Source: a bacterium (GTDB taxonomy: Bacteria; Patescibacteriota; Andersenbacteria; UBA10190). Taken from it: DNA of 64,000 bases. The stretch is taken from positions 22,870 to 86,869 of the forward strand of contig JBDRMS010000006.1 in assembly GCA_043811915.1 (NCBI GenBank). The letters are read 5' to 3'. A program made the position numbers and the translations under genes. This document shows positions 55,631-64,000 of the stretch, in pieces (position 1 is the stretch's first letter; each line of letters opens with the position of its first letter). The notes under the pieces were generated by a model that had not been told where the DNA came from, made no database searches, and saw only the letters and a program-made list of their open reading frames with translations.

Positions 55631-56467
55631 CTACTTGCCAGGTTTAAGCACATTGATGCCAGCGTTAAAGAAACTGGTTACCCAAATTTCATCCTCTCTT
55701 CTGCCAACCTCGGCCACCCTCCTCCAGAATCGCCTGGTCAGGTAACCGAAAGTAAACAATACACAGTCATCAAACCACTTCAATATTTCGGTGGCTATGG
55801 TTGGGTAATTGTTATTGATGTAGACGAGCTCCTGTTCTGAAAAAGAAGGGTGCCCGATAACAAACTGCTGTATTTGTGTTTTGCCATAGGGAGGTAGTGC
55901 TACCCGGTGGTAGTAGTTCATCAACAGCCAAGAGGTTATCCCCTGGACAATGCGTTCAGCCCCTTTCTCCCTGGCGATTTCCAGTTCACTTTCAAAACGG
56001 AAGACGACTCGGACGACTTGAGTAAGCTCATCTTGAAGCTCGCCGACTTCAGTGTTGAGAAATGCCCCTTCCACACTGTATGAAGACCAGCCGAAGAAGG
56101 GATTCTTATACATCTCAACTCGCTTTTTGATGTCCTCTGCGCCCATGGTTTCCGTTCTTCTGCCGGCGTATCGCTGGGGGTCAAGCACGTAGGGATAGGC
56201 GGCCAACTCTTCGAGCAGTTCACGGGCATACATTGAAAGATACTTCTTGACCTTTATTCCCTCAATTCCATCTTGTAGTGCTTTAACGATCTCGGATTGA
56301 TACACAATCCTCTTAGGAAAGTAGAACTCGGCAAACAGTCCCGGATGCCGGAGAGTGTACAAATAGGTGCGAGCTACCCTGACTGGAGACATTGGTTTCT
56401 CCTTTGCTTTGGTAAAGAACACGAAACTACTGCCTAGACTCCTAATATATTTTGTGAGATAAGTCAA
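55631..56467 (-). CDS. hypothetical protein, no recognisable family
   Basis: 278-aa ORF rich in aromatic residues with no known motif. Forms a two-gene unit with the 77-aa ORF. Confidence 0.45.
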   Translation of the reverse strand: MTYLTKYIRSLGSSFVFFTKAKEKPMSPVRVARTYLYTLRHPGLFAEFYFPKRIVYQSEIVKALQDGIEGIKVKKYLSMYARELLEELAAYPYVLDPQRYAGRRTETMGAEDIKKRVEMYKNPFFGWSSYSVEGAFLNTEVGELQDELTQVVRVVFRFESELEIAREKGAERIVQGITSWLLMNYYHRVALPPYGKTQIQQFVIGHPSFSEQELVYINNNYPTIATEILKWFDDCVLFTFGYLTRRFWRRVAEVGRREDEIWVTSFFNAGINVLKPGK

Positions 56468-56488
56468 ACAGTCCCGGCTCTGCTTTCT

Positions 56489-57193
56489 TTGCGGATAGCG
56501 AGCTGGGTTGGTAGACTAAAGGGCAGTATGTTGTCTTTGGTACCAGGTTTAGTGGCGGCGCCGGCGGGGCTGCAGATCGGGGCGATGATTCTGGGATTGG
56601 CCGTGGCAATTATTTTGCATGAGGTGGCGCATGGCTACGCCGCGCTGCGGCTGGGTGATCCCACGGCCTACTACGCGGGGAGATTGTCGTTAAACCCAAT
56701 CAAGCACGTAGACCTGTGGGGGACTATTCTGATCCCCGCCTTTCTTATTTTATCGGGCACGGGTTTTGTGTTCGGCTGGGCCAAGCCGGTGCCGGTGAAC
56801 TATTATAATTTACGACATGGCAAATATGGGCCTTTGCTGGTGGCTTTGGCGGGACCGGCGACAAATTTTGTCATGCTGGCGGTGTTTGGCATGCTGGCGC
56901 GGATTTCTCCGGTTGGCACTGCCCTGCCATTTTTGTTTGTGACCATGGCGATGATTAATGGCGTGCTAATGTTGTTTAACCTCATTCCGCTGCCGCCGCT
57001 GGACGGATCGAAAGTGCTGTATGTGTTTTTAGAGAGACGGCCGGATGTTGTCCGTTGGCTGGAGAGATACAGTTTGTTTTTGCTGATTGCCGTTTTGTTG
57101 TTTGGCGGCGGGCTGCTGGCGGCGGTTGTTTTTTATCCGGCGATGGCCTTGACCCAATTCTTTGCCGGCGCGGGCGTTTTCTTTTCTAATTGA
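56489..57193 (+). CDS. site-2 protease family (peptidase M50) membrane metalloprotease
   Basis: 234 aa polytopic. HExxH inside a TM helix (ILHEVAHGYAA) and a downstream LDG motif region (PLPPLDGSKVL). Confidence 0.75.
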   Translation: MRIASWVGRLKGSMLSLVPGLVAAPAGLQIGAMILGLAVAIILHEVAHGYAALRLGDPTAYYAGRLSLNPIKHVDLWGTILIPAFLILSGTGFVFGWAKPVPVNYYNLRHGKYGPLLVALAGPATNFVMLAVFGMLARISPVGTALPFLFVTMAMINGVLMLFNLIPLPPLDGSKVLYVFLERRPDVVRWLERYSLFLLIAVLLFGGGLLAAVVFYPAMALTQFFAGAGVFFSN

Positions 57194-57261
57194 TTTTTTA
57201 TTGATATTGCGTATAATCATGTCAGCGCCGCATGAGCGGTGCGTTTAGTAATCAGTAATTT

Positions 57262-57681
57262 ATGCCGACAGTGAATCAACTGGTCCGCCAGGGCCGCAGA
57301 CAGAAAACGAAGAAATCAAGGGCGCCGGCTTTGCTGCGAGGTTTTAATGTGTTGAAAAATCGCCCCGTGGAGTTCAAAAAAGGCTCACCTTTTAAAAGAG
57401 GAGTTTGTTTGCAGGTGAAAACCATGACGCCGAAAAAGCCGAACTCGGCTTTGCGCAAGGTGGCTAGGGTGCGCCTGACCAACGGGATGGAGGTAACGGC
57501 TTTTATTCCCGGGGAAGGACACAATTTACAGGAACACTCAATAGTGCTGGTGCGAGGCGGCCGGCGGAAGGATTTGCCGGGCGTGCGTTATCAAGTAGTG
57601 CGGGGAGTACTGGATACCGCCGGAGTGGAGGGTCGCACCAGGGGAAGAAGCCGATATGGCACTAAAAAACCAAAGAAATAA
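57262..57681 (+). CDS. rpsL: 30S ribosomal protein S12
   Basis: [14 protein letters not shown]...[19 protein letters not shown]: a near-universal S12 sequence. Confidence 0.95.
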   Translation: MPTVNQLVRQGRRQKTKKSRAPALLRGFNVLKNRPVEFKKGSPFKRGVCLQVKTMTPKKPNSALRKVARVRLTNGMEVTAFIPGEGHNLQEHSIVLVRGGRRKDLPGVRYQVVRGVLDTAGVEGRTRGRSRYGTKKPKK

Positions 57682-57683
57682 TA

Positions 57684-58163
57684 ATGCCTAGAAAAAAGCG
57701 CGTATATAAGAATAAAAGATATTTAAAACCGGATCCAAAGTTTGGTAATTTGTTGTTGGCTAAATTTGTCAATCATATAATGTCCAAGGGCAAGAAAAGC
57801 AAAGCACAGGGCATTGTTTATGGAGCGCTCAACATAGTTTCAGAAAAAACCAAGAATGACCCGTTGGTTGTTTTTGATATGGCTATCCGAAATGTAACGC
57901 CGGCCCTGGAAGTAAAAGGGCGGCGAGTGGGCGGGGCTAACTACCAAATTGCTCTTGAGGTGCGGGGCGAGCGCAAAGAAGCCCTGGCCATGCGCTGGTT
58001 GAAGGAAGCGGCACTGAAGCGTTCGGGTAGAGGAATGGCGGAAAAGCTGGCAGACGAGCTGATTGACGCAGCGAAGAAAGAAGGCGGGGCGATGAAGAAA
58101 AGAGAAGAAGTTCATCGTATGGCAGAGTCCAATCGGGCCTTCTCGCATTTTGCCCGCCAGTAA
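57684..58163 (+). CDS. rpsG: 30S ribosomal protein S7
   Basis: 159 aa in the S12-S7-EF-G order. Matches S7 conserved blocks ([37 protein letters not shown]). Confidence 0.9.
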   Translation: MPRKKRVYKNKRYLKPDPKFGNLLLAKFVNHIMSKGKKSKAQGIVYGALNIVSEKTKNDPLVVFDMAIRNVTPALEVKGRRVGGANYQIALEVRGERKEALAMRWLKEAALKRSGRGMAEKLADELIDAAKKEGGAMKKREEVHRMAESNRAFSHFARQ

Positions 58164-58183
58164 TCGGGGGGAGTGAAGGCGAT

Positions 58184-60301
58184 ATGGAGACCGCGGACAA
58201 ATTTCTTCAAGTACCAATAGAAAAAGTACGCAACTTTGGTATTATCGCGCACATTGATGCCGGTAAGACAACCATGACGGAGCGGGTGTTGTTTTACACC
58301 GGGTTGACTCACAAAATTGGTGAAGTGCACGAAGGAGAGGCTGTGATGGACTGGATGGAGCAGGAGCAGGAGCGGGGCATTACTATTACCTCGGCTACCA
58401 CGACGGCATTTTGGCGGGAACATCGTTTGAATTTAATTGATACACCCGGACACGTTGATTTTACTGTTGAAGTGGAGCGCTCCCTGCGGGTATTGGACGG
58501 AGCGGTGGTAGTGTTCGATGGCGTGGCCGGGGTGGAGCCGCAAAGTGAGACGGTGTGGCATCAGGCAGAACGTTATGGGGTGCCGTGCATGTGTTTTATA
58601 AACAAGCTGGACCGAACCGGGGCTGATTTCTGGAAAGCAGTAGAATCAATTCATGAACGGTTGACTAAAAATACGGTGATTATGACTTTGCCGATCGGAA
58701 TGGAGGACAAATTGGAGGGAATAGTGGATTTACTGACGCAAAAGGCCTGGTACTTTGAAGGGGAGATGGGTGAGAAAGTGGTTATTAGGGAAATACCGGG
58801 TGAATTGCTGGCAGAGGCTAAACAGCGACGTGAAGAGACGGTTGAGAAAATATCGGGAACTGATGATATTTTGACAGAGAAGTTTCTGAAGGGAGGAGAA
58901 ATAACAAATGAAGAGCTGGTGGCGGCGTTGCGGAAAGCGGTTATTGCTAATCAACTGGTACCCGTGTTTTGCGGCTCGGCTTTGAAGAATAAGGGAGTGC
59001 AAAGAGTGCTGGATGCGGTGGTAGATCTGTTGCCGGCGCCGACTGATTTGCCGCCGGTGGAAGGAACTCACCCGGCTGACCCGGAAACCAGGCTGACTCG
59101 AGAGCCTAGGGATAGCGAACCATTTTGTGCATTGGCATTTAAGGTGTTGACTGATTCCTACGTGGGCCAGCTGACATACTTCAGAGTGTATTCAGGCAGA
59201 CTAAAAGCGGGATCTTATGTGCTGAATGCGTCAAATGGCAAGAGAGAAAGAATCGGACGGATTTTACGGATGCATGCCAATGATCGTGAAGAGGTAGCAG
59301 AAATCGGGGCGGGCGGTATTGGTGCGCTGGTGGGAATGAAAAATACTACTACGGGTGATACCCTGTGTGACGAGGACGAGCCGATTGTGCTGGAGCGAAT
59401 CACCGGAGTGGATCCGGTTATTGCTATTGCGGTTGAGCCGAAAACAAAAGCAGACCAGGAAAAAATGGGGCAAGCCCTGAAGGCGTTAATGGATGAGGAT
59501 CCGACTTTTCATGTACGGACGGATGAGGAAACTATGCAGACAATAATGGAAGGCATGGGTGAGCTGCACCTGGATATTAAGGCGGACAGATTAAGGCGGG
59601 AGTTTAATGTAGAAGTGAATATGGGTAAACCCCAAGTGGCTTACAAGGAAACTATTACTGACACAGTTGAGGTAGAAGGCAAGTACATTAAGCAAAGTGG
59701 CGGGCGCGGTCAGTATGGGCATGTGTGGCTGCGGCTGGAACCTTTGGAACGAGGAAGCGGAACGGAGTTTGTTGATGAAATCAGAGGCGGTGTTATTCCC
59801 CATGAATATATTCCGGCCATTGGCAAAGGTTTTAAAGAAGCGGTGGAGGGTGGTGTAATAGCGGGGTATCCGGTGGTGGATGTGAGAGCAGTTGTATTCG
59901 ACGGCAGCTTCCATGAAGTGGACAGCTCGGAGATTGCTTTTAAAATTGCGTCTATTATGGCTTTTAAAGAAGGGGTTAGAAGAGCCAAGCCAATTTTACT
60001 TGAACCTATTATGAGGGTAGAAGCTATTGTGCCGGAGCAGTACATGGGTGACGTGGTGGGAGATTTGAACTCACGTCGCGGCCGGGTGGAGAATATTGAA
60101 GACAGGGCACAGGTTAAGATAATAACGGCACTGGTGCCGCTGGCAGAGATGTTTGGTTACGCCACGGCGCTGCGCTCGCTAAGCTCGGGGCGAGCTAATT
60201 ATTCCATGCAGTTTGATCATTATCTGGAAGTGCCCCGCAACATTCAGGAAGAAATAGTCGGCATTAAAGCCGCGGAAAAGGGAAAAGGGAAGAAAGAGTA
60301 G
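58184..60301 (+). CDS. fusA: elongation factor G
   Basis: 705 aa. G-domain motifs [17 protein letters not shown] and NKLD, with EF-G domains III-V. Confidence 0.95.
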   Translation: METADKFLQVPIEKVRNFGIIAHIDAGKTTMTERVLFYTGLTHKIGEVHEGEAVMDWMEQEQERGITITSATTTAFWREHRLNLIDTPGHVDFTVEVERSLRVLDGAVVVFDGVAGVEPQSETVWHQAERYGVPCMCFINKLDRTGADFWKAVESIHERLTKNTVIMTLPIGMEDKLEGIVDLLTQKAWYFEGEMGEKVVIREIPGELLAEAKQRREETVEKISGTDDILTEKFLKGGEITNEELVAALRKAVIANQLVPVFCGSALKNKGVQRVLDAVVDLLPAPTDLPPVEGTHPADPETRLTREPRDSEPFCALAFKVLTDSYVGQLTYFRVYSGRLKAGSYVLNASNGKRERIGRILRMHANDREEVAEIGAGGIGALVGMKNTTTGDTLCDEDEPIVLERITGVDPVIAIAVEPKTKADQEKMGQALKALMDEDPTFHVRTDEETMQTIMEGMGELHLDIKADRLRREFNVEVNMGKPQVAYKETITDTVEVEGKYIKQSGGRGQYGHVWLRLEPLERGSGTEFVDEIRGGVIPHEYIPAIGKGFKEAVEGGVIAGYPVVDVRAVVFDGSFHEVDSSEIAFKIASIMAFKEGVRRAKPILLEPIMRVEAIVPEQYMGDVVGDLNSRRGRVENIEDRAQVKIITALVPLAEMFGYATALRSLSSGRANYSMQFDHYLEVPRNIQEEIVGIKAAEKGKGKKE

Positions 60302-60342
60302 TGGGTTTGACTTACTGATTTGTCAAGGGGTAGAGTTAACTG

Positions 60343-60705
60343 ATGCGTAAAAAAGATTTAAGCCAGGCTTTGGTGAGCTTAAGAGAACTGGGAGGGTACT
60401 TTGTATTTAAGGACGAAGTGGGGGAGGAGTACGTGCTTTTGAGCAAGCGGGAGTTTGACGGGCGGCAGGCATCGGACGAGCCGGAGGTGCAGCTGTCGTT
60501 GGCTGATGCCCCTAAACTGGAAACAGAGGCGCGGGCAGACTATGTGCTGGAACGGATAAACAGGGAAATTGCTTTGTATCAGTTGCGGCAACAGGAGGAC
60601 GAGATGGCAGAGATGACGGATGAGGAAGCGGAACAGCTGGAGAGAGGAGCCAGGGTGCGCTTTGAGCCGCTGCGAGGAGACTTGCCGCCGGAGTTGCAGG
60701 AGTAG
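60343..60705 (+). CDS. hypothetical acidic protein inserted between fusA and tuf
   Basis: 120-aa Glu-rich ORF with its own spacing. No family recognised. Confidence 0.4.
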   Translation: MRKKDLSQALVSLRELGGYFVFKDEVGEEYVLLSKREFDGRQASDEPEVQLSLADAPKLETEARADYVLERINREIALYQLRQQEDEMAEMTDEEAEQLERGARVRFEPLRGDLPPELQE

Positions 60706-60799
60706 GCTTTTTGACATTCCGTGAAGGAAATGCTACAAAGGTCTTATCCTCATTATTAGGAGGGGTTTTATTGTTAAGATTAAATAAACCATTAGAACT

Positions 60800-61993
60800 A
60801 TGGCAGAAAAATTTGAGCGAACAAAGCCGCACGTTAACGTCGGAACCATTGGTCACGTTGACCACGGCAAAACGACTTTGACGGCAGCTATATTGCACGT
60901 CATGGGCATGAAGGGCGGTGCCAAAAAGGTGCTGTCCGTTGACGAGATTGATAATGCTCCGGAAGAAAGGGAGCGAGGCATTACTATCGCCACAACCCAC
61001 TGTGAGTATGAGTCTGACAAGAGACATTATGCGCACGTTGATTGTCCGGGACACGCAGACTACATAAAGAACATGATTACGGGTGCCGCCCAAATGGACG
61101 GAGCCATTCTGGTGGTGTCGGCGGCAGATGGTCCTATGCCCCAGACCAGGGAGCACATTTTGCTGGCGCGCCAGGTGGGCGTGCCGCAGATTGTGGTGTT
61201 TTTAAACAAGGTGGATCAGGTTGATGACGAGGAGCTGGTTGACCTGGTGGAGGAGGAAATCAAAGACCTTTTGAAAAAGTACGAGTACGACGCTGAAAAA
61301 ACACCGATTATTCGAGGCAGTGCCCTGAAAGCGCTGGATACTAAAAGCCCGGATGACGAGGCGGCCAAGCCGATTGTGGCGTTGGTGGAAGCTTTGGATG
61401 TGGCTATTCCGGAGCCGGTGCGCGATGTTGACAAACCTTTCCTGATGCCGGTGGAAGATGTGTTTTCCATTGAGGGGCGGGGTACGGTGGTAACTGGCAG
61501 AATTGAGCGAGGTAAAGTTAACTTAAATGAAGAAGTCGAAGTGGTTGGGTTGCGAGAGACACAGAAGACGGTGGTAACGGGAATTGAGATGTTCAATAAG
61601 CAGCTGGATGAAGGCCAAGCTGGTGACAACGCCGGTTTGTTGTTGCGCGGTTTGAAGAAGGAAGATGTGGAGCGCGGCCAAGTACTGGCGGCTCCGGGCA
61701 GTATCACACCCCATACCAAATTTGAGGGCGAGGTGTATGTTCTGACTAAAGATGAAGGCGGCCGGCACACACCGTTTTTCAAGGGATATAAACCGCAGTT
61801 CTACATTCGTACAACTGATGTAACGGGAGCAGTGGAGCTGCCGGAAGGAACAGAGATGGTAATGCCTGGCGACACGATTAGCATCAAGGTGGAACTTGGA
61901 GCTCCGGTGGCTATGGAAGAAGGCATGCGCTTTGCCTTGCGCGAGGGTGGCAAGACAGTGGGAGCCGGGGTGGCGACGAAGGTTACAGAGTAA
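60800..61993 (+). CDS. tuf: elongation factor Tu
   Basis: 397 aa. [21 protein letters not shown] and NKVD motifs. Confidence 0.95.
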   Translation: MAEKFERTKPHVNVGTIGHVDHGKTTLTAAILHVMGMKGGAKKVLSVDEIDNAPEERERGITIATTHCEYESDKRHYAHVDCPGHADYIKNMITGAAQMDGAILVVSAADGPMPQTREHILLARQVGVPQIVVFLNKVDQVDDEELVDLVEEEIKDLLKKYEYDAEKTPIIRGSALKALDTKSPDDEAAKPIVALVEALDVAIPEPVRDVDKPFLMPVEDVFSIEGRGTVVTGRIERGKVNLNEEVEVVGLRETQKTVVTGIEMFNKQLDEGQAGDNAGLLLRGLKKEDVERGQVLAAPGSITPHTKFEGEVYVLTKDEGGRHTPFFKGYKPQFYIRTTDVTGAVELPEGTEMVMPGDTISIKVELGAPVAMEEGMRFALREGGKTVGAGVATKVTE

Positions 61994-62003
61994 CTAGTAA
62001 GCG

Positions 62004-62363
62004 GTGGCGGCTAAAGCAAAAAAAGCGGAGCCTAAAAAAGAGGAAGAAACGTCGCCTCTGGCGCGTATTCGGATTAAGCTGAAGGCTTACGATTGTAAGG
62101 TAATCGACCAGTCGGCGCGGCAGATTGTGGAAGCAGTGGAGCGCGATGGCGCTAAAATTGCCGGCCCTGTGCCGCTGCCGGTCAGCAAAAAGAAATATAC
62201 GGTGAACCGCGCCTCTTTTGTGCATAAAAAATCACGTGATCAGTACGAGATCCGTATTCACAAACGCTTGATTGATATTGTTCAAGCTACACCGCGTACG
62301 GTGGATACCTTGATGAGTTTGAATCTTCCGGCCGGGGTGGACGTGTCGATGAAAACCGGCTAG
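62004..62363 (+). CDS. rpsJ: 30S ribosomal protein S10 (with ~18-aa Lys/Ala-rich N-terminal extension)
   Basis: [38 protein letters not shown]...RLIDI: the S10 core follows tuf as in the canonical order. Confidence 0.85.
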   Translation: MAAKAKKAEPKKEEETSPLARIRIKLKAYDCKVIDQSARQIVEAVERDGAKIAGPVPLPVSKKKYTVNRASFVHKKSRDQYEIRIHKRLIDIVQATPRTVDTLMSLNLPAGVDVSMKTG

Positions 62364-62485
62364 ACATCTGGAGGAATATAATATATTGTGCTTATAACCT
62401 GACACTATAGGTGGTGTAAAGGCTTTATTTTTTATAACGCATGCCGGTGCTTTAATTACCTGCCGGCCGCTGGTTAAAAACGACT

Positions 62486-63025
62486 GTGAAAGCAATACTG
62501 GCTGAAAAAATTGGAATGTCGCAGATGTTTTCTTCAGATGGAGGGGTGGTGCCGGTAACGCTGGTATCTGCCGAACCAAATGAGATAATGCTGCGGCGCG
62601 ATGAGAAGAAAGATGGATATACTGCTGTGCAGCTTCAGCATAACGATGTTCGCCGCGAGTTTAAAATTGACGTTGATGGAAAAACCAGTCATTTGACAGT
62701 GGAGCAGTTTGAGCCGGGGGATGTAGTAGAGGTGTCTGGCGTGTCGAAGGGTAAGGGTTATGCCGGAGTGGTGAAGCGACATGGTTTTGCCGGGGGCCCG
62801 GCCAGTCATGGCCATCGTCATGCTTTACGTAAGAGTGGCTCGATTGGTTCAGCTTTTCCGCAACATGTGCTGAAGGGTAAAAAGATGGCCGGACGGATGG
62901 GCAGTGACAAGGTTACGGTGAAGAATTTAACAGTAGTATGGACTGATAAAGAGAAGCATTTGCTGGCGATAAAAGGCGCGGTGCCTGGCAGGCGAGGCGC
63001 TATTTTGGAAATAACTGGTAATTAA
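62486..63025 (+). CDS. rplC: 50S ribosomal protein L3
   Basis: 179 aa. [15 protein letters not shown]... N-terminus and a [13 protein letters not shown] block. Confidence 0.9.
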   Translation: MKAILAEKIGMSQMFSSDGGVVPVTLVSAEPNEIMLRRDEKKDGYTAVQLQHNDVRREFKIDVDGKTSHLTVEQFEPGDVVEVSGVSKGKGYAGVVKRHGFAGGPASHGHRHALRKSGSIGSAFPQHVLKGKKMAGRMGSDKVTVKNLTVVWTDKEKHLLAIKGAVPGRRGAILEITGN

Positions 63026-63654
63026 TGATGACTAAAGCAGTAACAATGTTGGTACGGGAATTTGGCAGCAAAAACACAGAGGAGATGGAAGTGCCGGAGT
63101 ATCTAAGGATAAAAACTTCGCCGTACCTGTTGGCGCAGGCAATCAGAGTAAGTAGACAGCGCTCACGTATTCGGCGGGCGCATACTAAAGGGAGAGCCGA
63201 GGTGCGCGGGGGCGGGGCTAAGCCCTGGCGCCAAAAGGGTACGGGCAGGGCTCGTCATGGTTCGCGGCGGTCGCCATTGTGGGTGGGAGGAGGAGTAACT
63301 TTTGGGCCTCAATCGCGACGGGAGGAACGGGCGGTGATGCCGCAAAAAATGGCGCGTCGGGCTCTGGCTGGGGCATTGGGTGACCATGTGCGCCTTGGCA
63401 GCATTGAGGTGGTGCGTTTTGGTACCAATAATTTGACAAAGACAAAGGAAGTAGCCGCGGCCGCCCGCGGCCAGCGCGGCGTTTTGGTTATAGTGGCTGA
63501 AAAGAATAGCCTGGTTCGGGCAGCGCATAACCTTTCGTCGGTTAGAGTACGGCGGGTATCACAGTTAAGTGTGGCGGACGTGATGGCAGCGCAGCATGTC
63601 TGGATTGACGAGAAAGTTTTACCATTGCTAAAGAAACGAATAACAGCGAACTAA
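63025..63654 (+). CDS. rplD: 50S ribosomal protein L4
   Basis: 209 aa. [30 protein letters not shown] block. Confidence 0.85.
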   Translation: MMTKAVTMLVREFGSKNTEEMEVPEYLRIKTSPYLLAQAIRVSRQRSRIRRAHTKGRAEVRGGGAKPWRQKGTGRARHGSRRSPLWVGGGVTFGPQSRREERAVMPQKMARRALAGALGDHVRLGSIEVVRFGTNNLTKTKEVAAAARGQRGVLVIVAEKNSLVRAAHNLSSVRVRRVSQLSVADVMAAQHVWIDEKVLPLLKKRITAN

Positions 63655-63658
63655 CACT

Positions 63659-64000
63659 ATGGCATTATTTTCTTTTGGTAAAAAACAGAATAAAGGATCG
63701 GCCGAGAAGAAAGCGGCTGCGCCGGCGGCGACGGGTGTTGGTTTACGATTACTGATGACGGAAAAAGGAACAGGGTTGCAAGAGAAGAATGTGGTGACCT
63801 TTCGAGTAGCGCGGGGCGTCAGCAAAAACCAGATTGCCCGGGCTGTTAGGACGCGGTATGGTGTGGTGCCTAAAAAAATCAGGACGGTAACGATGTTGTC
63901 CAAGAAGCGGCGGCGAGGAAACACGGCGGGTAAAACAGCAGCCTGGAAAAAGGCTTATGTTGTGGTGGACGATATGCAGTCTTTTAATTTGGGAGTATAA
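63659..64000 (+). CDS. rplW: 50S ribosomal protein L23 (3' end beyond window; N-terminal extension)
   Basis: The LLMTEKGTGLQEKNVVTFRVARGVSKNQIARAVRTRYGVVPKKIRT core matches L23. It follows L4 as expected. The ORF runs off the window edge. Confidence 0.8.
   Translation: MALFSFGKKQNKGSAEKKAAAPAATGVGLRLLMTEKGTGLQEKNVVTFRVARGVSKNQIARAVRTRYGVVPKKIRTVTMLSKKRRRGNTAGKTAAWKKAYVVVDDMQSFNLGV

Noticed and set aside
1-64000. Alternative genetic code (UGA recoding) or CRISPR arrays
   Set aside because: All long genes, including the 816-aa and 1104-aa ones, are uninterrupted under code 11. No regularly spaced direct repeats with unique spacers are present anywhere in the window.

Overview
This is a densely coded (~90%) 64-kb bacterial window read with the standard genetic code; long ORFs have no in-frame UGA interruptions. 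It mixes housekeeping genes with accessory and large surface-protein genes.

Housekeeping content, in order:
- recO, glyQS, an M16 peptidase, an AI-2E transporter, tatD, rarA and leuS.
- A sugar-nucleotide pair (NTP-transferase, ugd) split by an IS200/IS605-type Y1 transposase flanked by identical hairpin repeats.
- tRNA-Leu(CAA), parA-parB, then topA, dprA and mfd on the minus strand.
- A TrmB-like regulator, pth and an LCP-family protein on the minus strand, then lepB, hisS, a HIT protein, rpsU, ybeY, dgkA, ftsA-ftsZ and a split comEC.
- ndk, pcm, a B12-binding radical SAM protein, tRNA-Pro(GGG), rpmB and an M50 protease.
- The start of the str/S10 ribosomal cluster: rpsL, rpsG, fusA, an inserted acidic ORF, tuf, rpsJ, rplC, rplD and partial rplW.

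The most interesting region is about 41.8-47.7 kb:
- A candidate cobalamin riboswitch sits immediately upstream of two proteins carrying DUF4430 (transcobalamin-like beta-domain) folds, one fused to an alpha/alpha-toroid repeat region.
- These are followed by a small polytopic membrane protein, a class II (adenosylcobalamin-dependent) ribonucleotide reductase and a PduO-type cob(I)alamin adenosyltransferase.
- Together they look like a compact, apparently undescribed vitamin-B12 capture and use module.

Other notable items:
- a giant 1104-aa mosaic surface/membrane protein;
- a ~0.9-kb highly structured non-coding region with nested GGGAGAGGG/CCCTCTCCC palindromes;
- a perfect 37-bp palindrome between ftsA and ftsZ;
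- an aberrant ~92-nt tRNA-like element;
- an orphan two-gene hypothetical module next to tRNA-Pro.

Gene content and architecture suggest a small-genome, possibly CPR/Patescibacteria-like organism, but that is inference only. All calls come from reading the translations and sequence; no database searches were run.
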